Assembly (NCBI GenBank): GCA_945861645.1
Contig: CAMAVZ010000011.1
Span: 1-54,939, forward strand
DNA from: Opitutus sp. GAS368
Lineage (GTDB): Bacteria; Verrucomicrobiota; Verrucomicrobiia; Opitutales; Opitutaceae
Direction of reading: 5' to 3'
DNA length: 54,939 nt
Shown here: in pieces, positions 1 to 8,480 of the stretch
How positions within the stretch are numbered: position 1 is the stretch's first letter
Layout: each line of letters opens with the position of its first letter
Made by a program: the position numbers and the translations under genes
The notes under the pieces: model-generated
What the model saw: only the letters and a program-made list of their open reading frames with translations
What the model was told of the DNA's origin: nothing
Database searches by the model: none

Positions 1-99
1 GGGAGAAGGGAGAGGGGATGGTTGCCGCCACCAAGAGCGAAGTGCAAAAATGCCGAGGATCAGGTGAATGGCGTGGAGGACCCAGTAGAGGTGGAGAAG

Positions 100-610
100 A
101 GGAGGGACTATTGACCACTGACTACCGACTACAGTCCCACTTTCACCTACCCCTTTCACTATTTCCTCCCCGCCGCTGGCGGGGTTCACGGGCCACTTCA
201 GCCAGGCGTAGAGCAGATAGGCCGCAAGGTAGGGGATCAGGAAGGCCCAGCCGGAGCGGAAGTAGGATATCAGTAGTAGCGAGTAGCGAGTAGTGGGTAG
301 TGGGTAGTCTCTGCCTGATCGATCGCTTGATGGCGCCGGAGAGGAGGCGACTGCCTGACTGTTCGGGTGATTCAACACGGTGGGCAGTGAATCGCAACAA
401 CGTTCAACGCTCAACTCTCAACTTTGCTCGCGCGAAGCGCTCCAGTTGAAGCAGGGAGTTGAAGTTTAGGTTGGAAGACCCGTGTGCGGTGCAGACCAAG
501 GCGGTTCACCACGAAACACACGTACCGAGCGAAGCGACATAGGACATGACACGAAAACGACCAAGCAGGGTTAACCACGGATTGCGCGGATTCGATCTGG
601 ATAAAGCCAA
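100..610. repeat. Intergenic repeat mosaic
   Basis: 138-270 matches 2538-2701/5371-5516; heptamers GTAGCGA/GTAGTGG 273-309; TTGAAG/TTTAGG hexamers 445-477; CCACGAA/CCACGGAT nonamer units 506-605. Confidence 0.75.
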
Positions 611-651
611 AGATTTCAGTCTGCGCCGGTACTACGGCTGACAGGACGGGA

Positions 652-846
652 TCAGGCTCCTTTGGGGACTGCAATCGAGAGATTGCGGCAAATAGAACGG
701 GCCAAATGGCGCTTGATTTCATTGTGCCTTGGCACGGCTTCTTTCCGACCGGTGGCGGGGTTCACCCAAATCGAGTGACTTCCTCCCTCTCGAAGCAACT
801 GGCAACCCTCCTGCTGCATATGGGCCAGCAGCTCACGCCGCTTCAT
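652..846 (-). CDS. hicA: HicA family toxin (mRNA interferase)
   Basis: 64 aa, MKRRELL...REGGSHSIWVNP...VPRHNEI; HicA GSH motif; overlaps hicB stop (ATGA). Confidence 0.9.
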   Translation of the reverse strand: MKRRELLAHMQQEGCQLLREGGSHSIWVNPATGRKEAVPRHNEIKRHLARSICRNLSIAVPKGA

Positions 847-1058
847 ATCGCAATCGTGATTTCTTCAGCGGCTGGATCGTCTTTGAGTTGTTGCCGCCGT
901 TCCGTTTCGAGCAGTAGGCGCACGGCCGCGCTTAAATCAGCAAGGCACTCCTCTTTGGTCTCACCCTGTCCGTTGGCCCCTGGGACTTCGAGACAGGTTG
1001 CCCAAAAACCACCTTCGTCCGCTTCGCCTGGATGAACTATGGCTGTAAGCTTTGTCAT
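843..1058 (-). CDS. hicB: HicB family antitoxin (short, no DNA-binding domain)
   Basis: MTKLTAIVHPGEADEGGFWATCLEVPGANGQGETKEECLADL, HicB-like fold motif; start reassigned to ATG 1058 below promoter. Confidence 0.88.
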   Translation of the reverse strand: MTKLTAIVHPGEADEGGFWATCLEVPGANGQGETKEECLADLSAAVRLLLETERRQQLKDDPAAEEITIAI

Positions 1059-1064
1059 GGGGTT

Positions 1065-1093
1065 AAAATAGGCCGAACCCGAGGGACCGTCAA
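1065..1093 (-). promoter_or_regulatory. Putative sigma70-like leaderless promoter of hicBA
   Basis: TTGACG-17 nt-TATTTT-6 nt-ATG. Confidence 0.6.
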
Positions 1094-1109
1094 GTCCGAC
1101 CAAGGCAGG

Positions 1110-1335
1110 ACCCAACAGAAGACGGTGACTAGCGGGCCCTACTTCGCTCGTTGAGCTATTGAGGACGTGATGAAGGGCACGCGGTATGCGCTCTGTTAGC
1201 ACGTGGGCAGTGAACGGCAGCAACGGGCAACGCTCAATCCTCAACTTTTTACGTGGTGGCGGCAGGTGGTTGTGCGTCAAAACAACGCACAAGAACCTAG
1301 CCTGCATCCATCACACTCAGACGGGTGATGGATGC
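1110..1335. repeat. Palindromic repeats (CCCTACTTCGCTCG...GAAGGGCAC family and others)
   Basis: Also at 5540-5612, 7737-7776, 8663-8702; hairpin GCATCCATCAC..GTGATGGATGC at about 1304-1335. Confidence 0.75.
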
Positions 1336-1488
1336 ACCCTGTCGGGCCGACTTGGTCGGGGCGAACCGCGACCTGGTCGCCTTTTCGCGCTCGAAGAGCG
1401 CGGAAAGCGGATGCGACAAATAGGAAATCTTGTGATGCATTCGGGCTAGCGAGGTGGGAGGCGAGCGGTGACCCTACTTCGCTCTCCG

Positions 1489-1926
1489 CTACAACTTCGG
1501 CCAGAGCTTCAGGCCTTCCCCGGCGGCGGCTTTCGCTTGCCGCTTGTCATAGGTGATGAACCACCCCGCGCCGCATTCGAGCGCCTGGCCGATATGCAGG
1601 GCGTCCAGCGAGCGCAACCCGCGGTGCTGGCGCAGCAAATGGATGGCCCGGGTAAAAACTCCCGGCCAGTCGGCCTCGGGCCGGGCCAGCACCCCTCCCT
1701 CCAAATCTTTTTCCAGGGCGACCGTGATGCGGGTGACATCCACGGAAGTCAAATCTCCCTCCTCGCGCCGGCGTTCGAGAGCGTGGGTCAGCTCCAGCTC
1801 GTGCAAAGAGGAATAGGGCAGGGGCGGAGCGTGGCGGCGGACAAAGGTGGACAGCTCCACCGTCTCCGGCTCCCGCACGTAGAGTTTCACCAGCGCACTC
1901 GTGTCGAGGTAAAGATCGAAGGCCAT
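1489..1926 (-). CDS. vapC: PIN-domain (VapC) toxin
   Basis: YLDTSALVKLY...E...LRSLDALHI...FITYDKRQ PIN acidic motifs; start at ATG 1926. Confidence 0.9.
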   Translation of the reverse strand: MAFDLYLDTSALVKLYVREPETVELSTFVRRHAPPLPYSSLHELELTHALERRREEGDLTSVDVTRITVALEKDLEGGVLARPEADWPGVFTRAIHLLRQHRGLRSLDALHIGQALECGAGWFITYDKRQAKAAAGEGLKLWPKL

Positions 1927-1928
1927 GG

Positions 1929-2153
1929 TCAATCCCGCTCGGCGAGGATGGTGGCGCTTAGCGAGCGGCCCTTGATGCGGGTCGTGCGGAGGGCGAAGTC
2001 GGGCCACTGGCACTTCGTAACGCTCGGCTGCATGGGCACCAGGCGGGCGATGGTGCGGCGGCGGCGGGTGACGAGCACCTCCTGCCCCTGGACCACGTGG
2101 CGCATGACGTCGCTCAGGTGATGTTGCATGTGGCGCAAAGTGACGGATTTCAT
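1929..2153 (-). CDS. Phd/YefM family antitoxin
   Basis: MKSVTLRHMQHHLSDVMRHVVQGQEVLVTRRRRTIARLVP, Phd pattern; directly upstream of PIN toxin. Confidence 0.88.
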   Translation of the reverse strand: MKSVTLRHMQHHLSDVMRHVVQGQEVLVTRRRRTIARLVPMQPSVTKCQWPDFALRTTRIKGRSLSATILAERD

Positions 2154-2190
2154 GTGCTTCAAAATGACGCACAAGCCGGGCGGGTGTCAA
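2154..2190 (-). promoter_or_regulatory. Putative promoter with overlapping operator-like palindrome
   Basis: TTGACA-18-CATTTT-7-ATG; imperfect palindrome GTGCGTCATTTTGAAGCAC over the -10. Confidence 0.55.
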
Positions 2191-2370
2191 GGCCCGGGGC
2201 GGAAGACGGAGCCCGGTGGCCGGTCGACCGGAAGGTATGCTCGCGTAGATGGCTTGTGCGTCAAAACAACGCACGTGAGAACTGCGCGGGGTGCGGAGAG
2301 GGGACGGGGAAGCGGAAGGAGAGGGGAAAACCTGAAACCTGAAACCTGCGGTGGACTGAAAGAAGTGGAA

Positions 2371-2425
2371 TCAGACGACCGTCTCGGCGATAAAGGCGTC
2401 AAGCACCGGCGCGTCCGCTCCGAGT
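2371..2425 (-). pseudogene. 3' remnant of a hicB paralogue
   Basis: Encodes LGADAPVLDAFIAETVV*, matching the C-terminus LGADAPALDAFIAETTV* of hicB at 5046-5267; DNA similarity extends past the stop codon. Confidence 0.7.
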
Positions 2426-2479
2426 ATCAGATGCAGTGCGTGTAGAAACCAGTAGACGTGGAGGAGGGGAGGAACTAAA

Positions 2480-2730
2480 GAAGTGAGAGTGAAAGTGAAA
2501 GGGGGAGACGACCAGGCGGTGGACGGTAGGGCTCCGGCACTTTCACTCATCCCTTTCACTAATCCCTCCCCGCCAGGGGCGGGGTTCACCGGCCACTTCA
2601 GCCAGGCGTGTACCGTTGTTGGCTGGCTACCAACCCGGTATTTGTCCGGGCCGTCGCCCGGCAAAGAGATGAGGAAGGCCCAGCCGCTCCGGAAGTAGGA
2701 TTGGACCAGCGCTCCAAGCCTACTTCCGGG
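2480..2730. repeat. About 190 bp composite hairpin element
   Basis: Near copies at 138-270, 4170-4670, 5371-5516. Confidence 0.8.
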
Positions 2731-2845
2731 GAGGCCGAAGGCCGGATCATTCTTCGCCAAGTCTACGGGCAAAATGGGCTGAAGGCTGGAGGCTGGAGGG
2801 GACACGAAGGGCGGTGGCTCGCACAGTGCGGGAATTGATCTCGGG

Positions 2846-3688
2846 CTAGACCTTATCTTTTGGTGGCATGAGGCGGCGAGCGGCACCGTGGTCGGTGAGG
2901 GTTCGCATCTGCCGGATGGCGATTTGGTTCAACTTCGCCAGACGTTCACCTTGGGGTAGTTCCATGCGAATGAACTCGGCGTTCATGCCTTCTATGTTGG
3001 CGAGTACGAGCAGTTGCTCCACGGTGGCGTATTCCCGCATATTGCCTTCCAATCCGCGGTTGGCGGCGCGCCACTGCCTTGCCGTGTGGCCGAAGAGAGC
3101 GACGTTGAGCACGTCTGCCTCGGTGGCGTAGGTGATGGCAGCTTGGGCCTGAGTCACCTGACTGGGAATGAGATGCTCTTTAACTGCGTCGGTATGAATA
3201 CGGTAGTTGAGCTTGGAAAGAGTGCGATTGAGGTTCCACGCCAGCGATAGTCGGCGATTCTCGTCATCCTTTAGCCGCTGGAACTCCTTGATGAGGTATA
3301 GCTTGAACTCGGGACTCAGCCACGAACCAAATTCAAAGGCGATGTCATGGTGGGCGTAGGTGCCACCATAGCGGCCAGCTGTCGCGATCAAGCCCTTTGC
3401 TTGGGTGGCCTCGATCCACTTCTTGGCCGAAAGATAAAAACTGTTACGCCCGGCTTCATTTCTAATTCCCTCGAATTCGATGGAATTAAAACCGGGGTTA
3501 TTGATCCGCTCCCATACCCCGAGGAAGAGCACGGTATCCTTATTCTTGAGCCACTGTTCGATCAGTGCGCTGCCGCCGTCAAAATGGCGCACCATGTCAG
3601 TGAGAGAAATGTAGTCGCGAGCTTCCCGGGTGAGAATAGCAATGGTCGCACCTTGAACCTTGATGGTCGCTTGTTTCGATTTACTCAT
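2846..3688 (-). CDS. KilA-N domain DNA-binding protein
   Basis: DYISLTDM...WERINNPGFN...GRYGGTYAHHDIAFEFGSWLSPEFKLYLIKEFQRLK; start at MSKSK. Confidence 0.88.
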   Translation of the reverse strand: MSKSKQATIKVQGATIAILTREARDYISLTDMVRHFDGGSALIEQWLKNKDTVLFLGVWERINNPGFNSIEFEGIRNEAGRNSFYLSAKKWIEATQAKGLIATAGRYGGTYAHHDIAFEFGSWLSPEFKLYLIKEFQRLKDDENRRLSLAWNLNRTLSKLNYRIHTDAVKEHLIPSQVTQAQAAITYATEADVLNVALFGHTARQWRAANRGLEGNMREYATVEQLLVLANIEGMNAEFIRMELPQGERLAKLNQIAIRQMRTLTDHGAARRLMPPKDKV

Positions 3689-3762
3689 GCCTTCACGATT
3701 TTTGAGCGCTCTCTCATCTGCCCGCTGGCAGTCTGGCGCTGAAAGCAAGGCGGCGGTGCGCC

Positions 3763-4104
3763 TCATCCATGCAGGAGTATTCCTTCGCGGCGGACGGCGC
3801 TGGCCAATGAGCACACGACCTGCTGCCCCTCCTGCCATTCCTTCCGGGTCAGCACCACAATATCCTTGGGGGCGGCAATATCGCCAACGTAACGGCGTGC
3901 TTCGACATTCCTGTGGTAACGCGATTGAGTAGATTCGGGTACAATCACCATAAGGTCCAAGTCACTGTCGACATTCGCCTCCCCCCGGGCATGCGAGCCG
4001 AACAAATAAATCGCATCGGGATGCAGCGCTTTTTCCAGGCGTTGAGCAATCAGGAGGGAAGCCTCAGGAATTGCCGGACGATCAGCGTGTGCAGGTGAAA
4101 TCAT
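3763..4104 (-). CDS. Minimal nucleotidyltransferase (MNT) antitoxin-like protein
   Basis: IYLFGSHARGEANVDSDLDLMVI = GSx10DxD MNT motif; AGGAG SD and TTGCAG-16-TAACGT upstream. Confidence 0.88.
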   Translation of the reverse strand: MISPAHADRPAIPEASLLIAQRLEKALHPDAIYLFGSHARGEANVDSDLDLMVIVPESTQSRYHRNVEARRYVGDIAAPKDIVVLTRKEWQEGQQVVCSLASAVRREGILLHG

Positions 4105-4169
4105 ACTCCTGCGGCTACGTTAGGCTGAGACTTGAGTGCTGCAAGAATGAAGAGAGTCCCCTGGCTTCT

Positions 4170-4700
4170 GCACTTTCACCGATAACTGATACTGCCTGCC
4201 ACCACTGGCGGGATTCACCGGCCATTTCTGCCAGGCTTTACCGTTGTTGGTTGGCTACCAACCCGGTACATGTCCGGGCACCCTGTTGCTTGCTGCTGCC
4301 AGCCCGGGGTCAGTCGCGCCGCCTGCGCGGCGGCTGAAGTCGCCCGGCATGGAGCAGATACGTGGCGAGGTAGCACCGTTGTTGGTTCGCTACCATCCCG
4401 GTATTTCGGCCGTCGCCCGGCAAAGGGTGAAGGAAGGCCCAGTCGCTCCGGCATAGAGCAGATAAGGCGGCGAGGTAGCACCGTTGTTGGTTTACTACCA
4501 ACCCGGTATGCCCTGTTGATGCCTGCTGGCATCACGGGGTTCGTCCACCGGCCTACGCCGGGGCGAATGTCCTCAGTTCTCGCTTTCGCGAAACAGAGGC
4601 AAAGGGATCAGGAAGGCCCAGCCGGATCGGAAGTAGGATTGGAGCAGCGCTCCAGATCTATTTCCGGTGGAGAAAGGAGAAAGGAAAAGGGAGAAGGGAC
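4170..4700. repeat. Hairpin mosaic
   Basis: Three (T/C)ACCGTTGTTGG..CCA(A/T)CCCGGTA hairpins plus TGCCCTGTTGATGCC.. and TGTCCTCAGTTCT.. modules shared with 12091-12245. Confidence 0.8.
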
Positions 4701-4793
4701 GGGCTAGGGGCATGACGTATCTTGCGTGAGATGCTGGTGAGGCGCCGGGGTGGTGCTGGGCGAAGCGGAAAGCAACGGCACGCCGCGGCGGTG

Positions 4794-5033
4794 TCAGGCA
4801 CGCTCGTAGGCCGACAGGAAATCCTCACGCGTAATACTCGACTGCCGCAGAATCAGCCGGAGCGTTGAGCCTTTGATTTTCGCGTGGTTGGGCAGGGTCA
4901 ACGGCGTGCGGGTGCCGTCGGGATTCTGACGGAGCATGGCGATGTGCTCGCGTTCGCGCACCAAGGTAAAGCCCAGCGCGACCAAGGTTCGCACCACACG
5001 GGCTTTGGGGACGTCGCGGGGAAATTTCGACAT
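4794..5033 (-). CDS. hicA: HicA family toxin
   Basis: ARVVRTLVALGFTLVREREHIAM...LTLPNHAKIKGSTLRLILRQ. Confidence 0.85.
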   Translation of the reverse strand: MSKFPRDVPKARVVRTLVALGFTLVREREHIAMLRQNPDGTRTPLTLPNHAKIKGSTLRLILRQSSITREDFLSAYERA

Positions 5034-5045
5034 CGACCGGTGGAA

Positions 5046-5267
5046 TCAAACGGTCGTCTCGGCGATAAAGGCGTCAAGCGCAGGCGCATCCGCCCCAAGC
5101 CCATCAGCGCCAAAGGTCTTCAGGTGAAACTTGATCGCGGATTTCACATCCTGAAGGGCCTGTTCAAAAGTATCCCCCTCTCCGACCACCACACCGTTCA
5201 CGCCCACCGGGTAGGCCACATAGCCATCGGCGTGCTTCTCCACAATGATCTTCAAGGTCTTGTTCAT
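5046..5267 (-). CDS. hicB: HicB family antitoxin (short)
   Basis: MNKTLKIIVEKHADGYVAYPVG...GEGDTFEQALQDVKSAIKFHL. Confidence 0.85.
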   Translation of the reverse strand: MNKTLKIIVEKHADGYVAYPVGVNGVVVGEGDTFEQALQDVKSAIKFHLKTFGADGLGADAPALDAFIAETTV

Positions 5268-5274
5268 GTCGGCG

Positions 5275-5302
5275 AAAGTAGCGCTTTTGACCGGAGTGAC
5301 AA
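5275..5302 (-). promoter_or_regulatory. Putative leaderless promoter of second hicBA
   Basis: TTGTCA-16-TACTTT-7-ATG. Confidence 0.55.
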
Positions 5303-5370
5303 GGGCGAAGGAGCGCAAGGAAGATGGAGCCCTTCGACCTTGCTCGGGGCGGGCAGGGAGGAGGCTGCGC

Positions 5371-5870
5371 CACTTTCACTCTTCCCCCGCCGTTCACGGC
5401 GTTGACGGGCCATTTCAGCCAGGCGTGTACCGTTGTTGGCTGGCTACCAACCCGGTATATGTCCGGGCCAGTCGCCCGGCAAAGGGATCAGGAAGGCCCA
5501 GCCGCTCCGGAAGTAAGCCACCAGTTGACGGTGACTAGCGGGCCCTACTTCGTTCGTTGAGCTTCCTCCGTCGCTCGTTGAGCTATGGAGGACATGATGA
5601 AGGGCGCGCGGTGGTCGGTCTGTTAGCACGGTAGACTATGGCTCGCGGAGCGAGCCAGTTTAAGTTGGCACTGTTGCCGCATGCTCGCGGCACAAGTATT
5701 TGTCCTGCGTTCTTGGGTGCTGCACACCCAAAACGCAGGCAAAAAGTTGAAGTTGAAGAGAAAGGCAGCCTGCGGAGGCGGATGGTGGGCGGTGGGCGGT
5801 GGCGGCGAAGCCGCACGGCAGCCGGTCTGACGGTGGGCGCCAGCAACCAATATCGCTCAACATTCAACGG
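5371..5870. repeat. Hairpin mosaic
   Basis: Composite element, nested CCCTACTTCG hairpin and GCGAGCCAGTTTAAG/TGTCCTGCGTTCTTGGG modules. Confidence 0.8.
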
Positions 5871-5878
5871 GCAGATTT

Positions 5879-6229
5879 TCAATGTTCAGCTTGGCCGAGG
5901 TTGTGCAGCATCTTCTCCACGGCGATAATTAGCGGGGCTAGGTCATTTTGGGCGGCATCCCAAAGAATGGCATGATCAGTCTCGTCGTAGCCATGGCTGA
6001 GCCGGTCGCGGGTCCCGGCGATTTGCTTCCAGGGTATTTCGGGATGCTCGGCCACAAGGCTAGTGGGTAGGCGTTTGACGGCTTCGCCAAGTATCTCCAT
6101 CTCGCGTTCAAATGCGGCCGCCAGCTTCCAATCTTGGGTAATGGCGGCCAATGAACTGGTGGCGATAAACTCCTGCAAGCGGCGGGCGTGAACCAAAATC
6201 TGGCGCAAGGTGACGCTTGGCGCGATCAC
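5879..6229 (-). CDS. HEPN/DUF86 (HepT-like) RNase toxin
   Basis: EILGEAVKRL...HPEIPWKQIAGTRDRLSHGY = RxxxxH-Y HEPN motif; GTGA overlap with MNT. Confidence 0.9.
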   Translation of the reverse strand: MIAPSVTLRQILVHARRLQEFIATSSLAAITQDWKLAAAFEREMEILGEAVKRLPTSLVAEHPEIPWKQIAGTRDRLSHGYDETDHAILWDAAQNDLAPLIIAVEKMLHNLGQAEH

Positions 6230-6537
6230 GCCTGCTCATAAATCGGCAGCGCCTCGCGCATGACGGTGTTGCGATAATCCCGGTTCAGCATGGCGGGGGT
6301 GTTCAAGTCTACGCTACGACCGATGATTCCGGCCAGTTCGTCGCCGTAGCCGAAGAAACGAAAGCCGGTTCGGGCCTTGGGGTCCATTTCCACCAGCACG
6401 TCGACATCGCTGTGCTGGAGATCGAAATCGTCGCGCAAAACGGAGCCAAACAGGCTGAGTTTGCGGATGCCGCGGGCATGACAAAACTCCGCAATAGCCT
6501 TGCGGTCCAAGTCGACGGGGAGTGTAGCAACCTTCAT
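6226..6537 (-). CDS. MNT (MntA-like) antitoxin
   Basis: LSLFGSVLRDDF...SDVDVLVE...GRSVDL. Confidence 0.9.
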   Translation of the reverse strand: MKVATLPVDLDRKAIAEFCHARGIRKLSLFGSVLRDDFDLQHSDVDVLVEMDPKARTGFRFFGYGDELAGIIGRSVDLNTPAMLNRDYRNTVMREALPIYEQA

Positions 6538-6580
6538 GCTCTCAGGCTGGCGATTCCAGCGCGGGAAGCAAGCCGTGGTT

Positions 6581-7031
6581 GGCGGCGCGCGGAGCGCGCC
6601 AGTTTAAGCGGGAAGTTTAAGTTGAAGATCGGGGCGATGGCGGAAAAAGATGAAATCGGAAAAGAAGAAAATTGGGAAACTAAGGCGCGTGGCGCGCCAA
6701 TTGAAGGCGGAGGTTTAAGTTTAAGATTCGGAGCGATGGCGAAAAAAGATGAAACAGGGGAAAGAAGAAAATTGGGAAACTAAGGCGCGGAGCGCGCCAG
6801 TGCCCTGTTGATTTTTGCTAACATCCCAGGGTTCGGCCGACGTTCTCGTGCGTGAGTACGCATGAAACGTAGGCGAAGAAGTTGGCGCTGTTGCCGCATG
6901 CTCGCGGCACAAGTGTGCCCTGTTGATGCCTGCTGGCGTCACGGGGTCCGTCAGCCGGCCTGCGCCGGGCGGATGTCCTGCGTTCTTGGGTGCTGCGCAC
7001 CCAAAACGTGGGCATAAAGTTTAAGTTGAAG
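6581..7031. repeat. Hairpin/periodic repeat mosaic
   Basis: Two GAAAAAGATGAAA..GGGAAACTAAGGCGCG units plus a hairpin string nearly identical to 8508-8657. Confidence 0.85.
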
Positions 7032-7102
7032 TAAAAGGCACCCAGCTATGGCGCGGCAAGCGGTGCATCAGGCGGCCTGCAAGAGATGGACGGTGGACGG
7101 GT

Positions 7103-7372
7103 TCAGTCAATATATACGGTTGAGCGGTGTCCGACGGCGACGACTACGACAATGAGAACGGACTTTTCGAGACGGCAGAGCAGTCGCCAGTCCCGGACGC
7201 GGTAGCGCCAGAGGCCATGCTTGGAACTTCGCAGCGGTTTGCCAAATAGTTCTGGGTCGGAGCAACCCTCAATGCGCTTTTCCAGCCAAGCTGTAATCTC
7301 GGCGCGAGCGGCAGGACCAAGCTGGTCGAGCTGCCGGTTCGCGTCTTCGAGGATTTTATACGACCAGGCCAC
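7103..7372 (-). CDS. relE: RelE/ParE family toxin
   Basis: GKPLRSSKHGLWRYRVRDWRLLC...VVAVGHRSTVY; GTG start at 7372 overlapping antitoxin end. Confidence 0.88.
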   Translation of the reverse strand: MAWSYKILEDANRQLDQLGPAARAEITAWLEKRIEGCSDPELFGKPLRSSKHGLWRYRVRDWRLLCRLEKSVLIVVVVAVGHRSTVYID

Positions 7373-7658
7373 CGAGAAATTCTTTGCGGGTGAGTAGCCG
7401 AGATTTACCGGCCAGATGCTTTTCCCAAGCAGCATCCCCGAGACGGGCATCGCGTTCGTCCTCGACGGATTCAAGGAGCGCGGCGGCGAGTCGCTCTAAG
7501 CGGGCCAGCTTGGCATCGTCCGAGGCCGGGGGCCCGGCCAAGGCTGCGCGCTTGATGTAGGCGGAGGGGCTCAGCCCGCGCTTGCGGGCGAGGGTGGCGA
7601 TTCGGCGCTTTTCTGCCGGACTGAGGCGGATGGAGGTGGGAATTGTCGTGGCGGCCAT
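7356..7658 (-). CDS. RHH-like antitoxin (RelB/CopG-type)
   Basis: TSIRLSPAEKRRIATLARKRGLSPSAYIKRA RHH-like N-terminus, acidic C-terminus; upstream of relE; palindrome ACTACA-CT-TGTAGT at 7661-7674. Confidence 0.75.
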   Translation of the reverse strand: MAATTIPTSIRLSPAEKRRIATLARKRGLSPSAYIKRAALAGPPASDDAKLARLERLAAALLESVEDERDARLGDAAWEKHLAGKSRLLTRKEFLGGLVV

Positions 7659-7853
7659 GCACTACAAGTGTAGTCGATCGGAGGGGGAGTCAAGGCCGGT
7701 CGGATACCGGTGGACGGTCGGATACCGGTGGACGGTGGGCCCTACTTCGCTCGATGAGCTATGAAGGGCACGCGGTGGGCGGTAGGGGCACGGAGAACGG
7801 TAGACGGTGGGATCGGGCGGGACTTCACCGAGGCAAGTGGAGGATACTGAGGG

Positions 7854-8195
7854 TCAAAGCGGCAGGCGATAAGTGGCGATGATCTTGCGGCCGATCTGCC
7901 GGCGGCGTTCAGGGGTGACCCGACCAATGCGAGTGGTGATCTTGCGCCGGTCAACGGAGTAGAGATGGCCACAACTGAAAAGAGTGGGGTGGTCGAGTCC
8001 GTCGGCACCGTTGAGCGTGACGTGATACGGACGCGGCTGGATAGCCGGCCGGCGGGTGCTGCCGTACAGAACATTTATCTGAGGCTTGCTGGAGTCGGCG
8101 CAAAACTCGTCGCAGGTGATAACGACGGCAGGGTGCTCGTCTTCGTCTTGGGGATTTATGCGGACCCGGACAATGTCCCACTGGGTGATGTTCAT
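7854..8195 (-). CDS. mazF: PemK/MazF family toxin
   Basis: QWDIVRVRINP...HPAVVI...SVDRRKITTRIGRV, MazF/PemK pattern; ATGA overlap with AbrB gene. Confidence 0.75.
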   Translation of the reverse strand: MNITQWDIVRVRINPQDEDEHPAVVITCDEFCADSSKPQINVLYGSTRRPAIQPRPYHVTLNGADGLDHPTLFSCGHLYSVDRRKITTRIGRVTPERRRQIGRKIIATYRLPL

Positions 8196-8440
8196 AGGTC
8201 CTCTGGGCCGAGGTCCGGGCCGGCCAGCTTGTCGAGTTCATAGTCCCATTTCGACAGTTTCAGCGAGCCGGGCGGAGGATAGTCGATGGGCTCAAAGGCC
8301 GGCAAGGCATCGGACGGACGGAGGAACAGGCCGCCATCTCGTTCCTCGATTTCTAGCTTGGAGCGGGCCTTGAGCCGGAGGCGGCGGCGCATGGGCGCCG
8401 GCAGGACGATCTGGCCTTTGCTGGAGAGGGTGAGTTGCAT
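8192..8440 (-). CDS. AbrB/MazE/SpoVT family antitoxin
   Basis: LSSKGQIVLPAPMRRRLRLKARSKLEIEERDGGLFLRP. Confidence 0.9.
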   Translation of the reverse strand: MQLTLSSKGQIVLPAPMRRRLRLKARSKLEIEERDGGLFLRPSDALPAFEPIDYPPPGSLKLSKWDYELDKLAGPDLGPEDL

Positions 8441-8480
8441 GGCTTACTTTTTCCTACGCAGGTTTATTTGTCAAGAAACG

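Noticed and set aside
843-3838. Long N-terminal extensions in the ORF track for hicB (1307), vapC (2274) and kilA-N (3838)
   Set aside because: They run through repeats or neighbouring genes; downstream ATGs fit family starts and promoters better
7697-7737. 18-bp tandem duplication GTCGGATACCGGTGGACG as a functional site
   Set aside because: Only two copies within a degenerate repeat tract; slippage is sufficient
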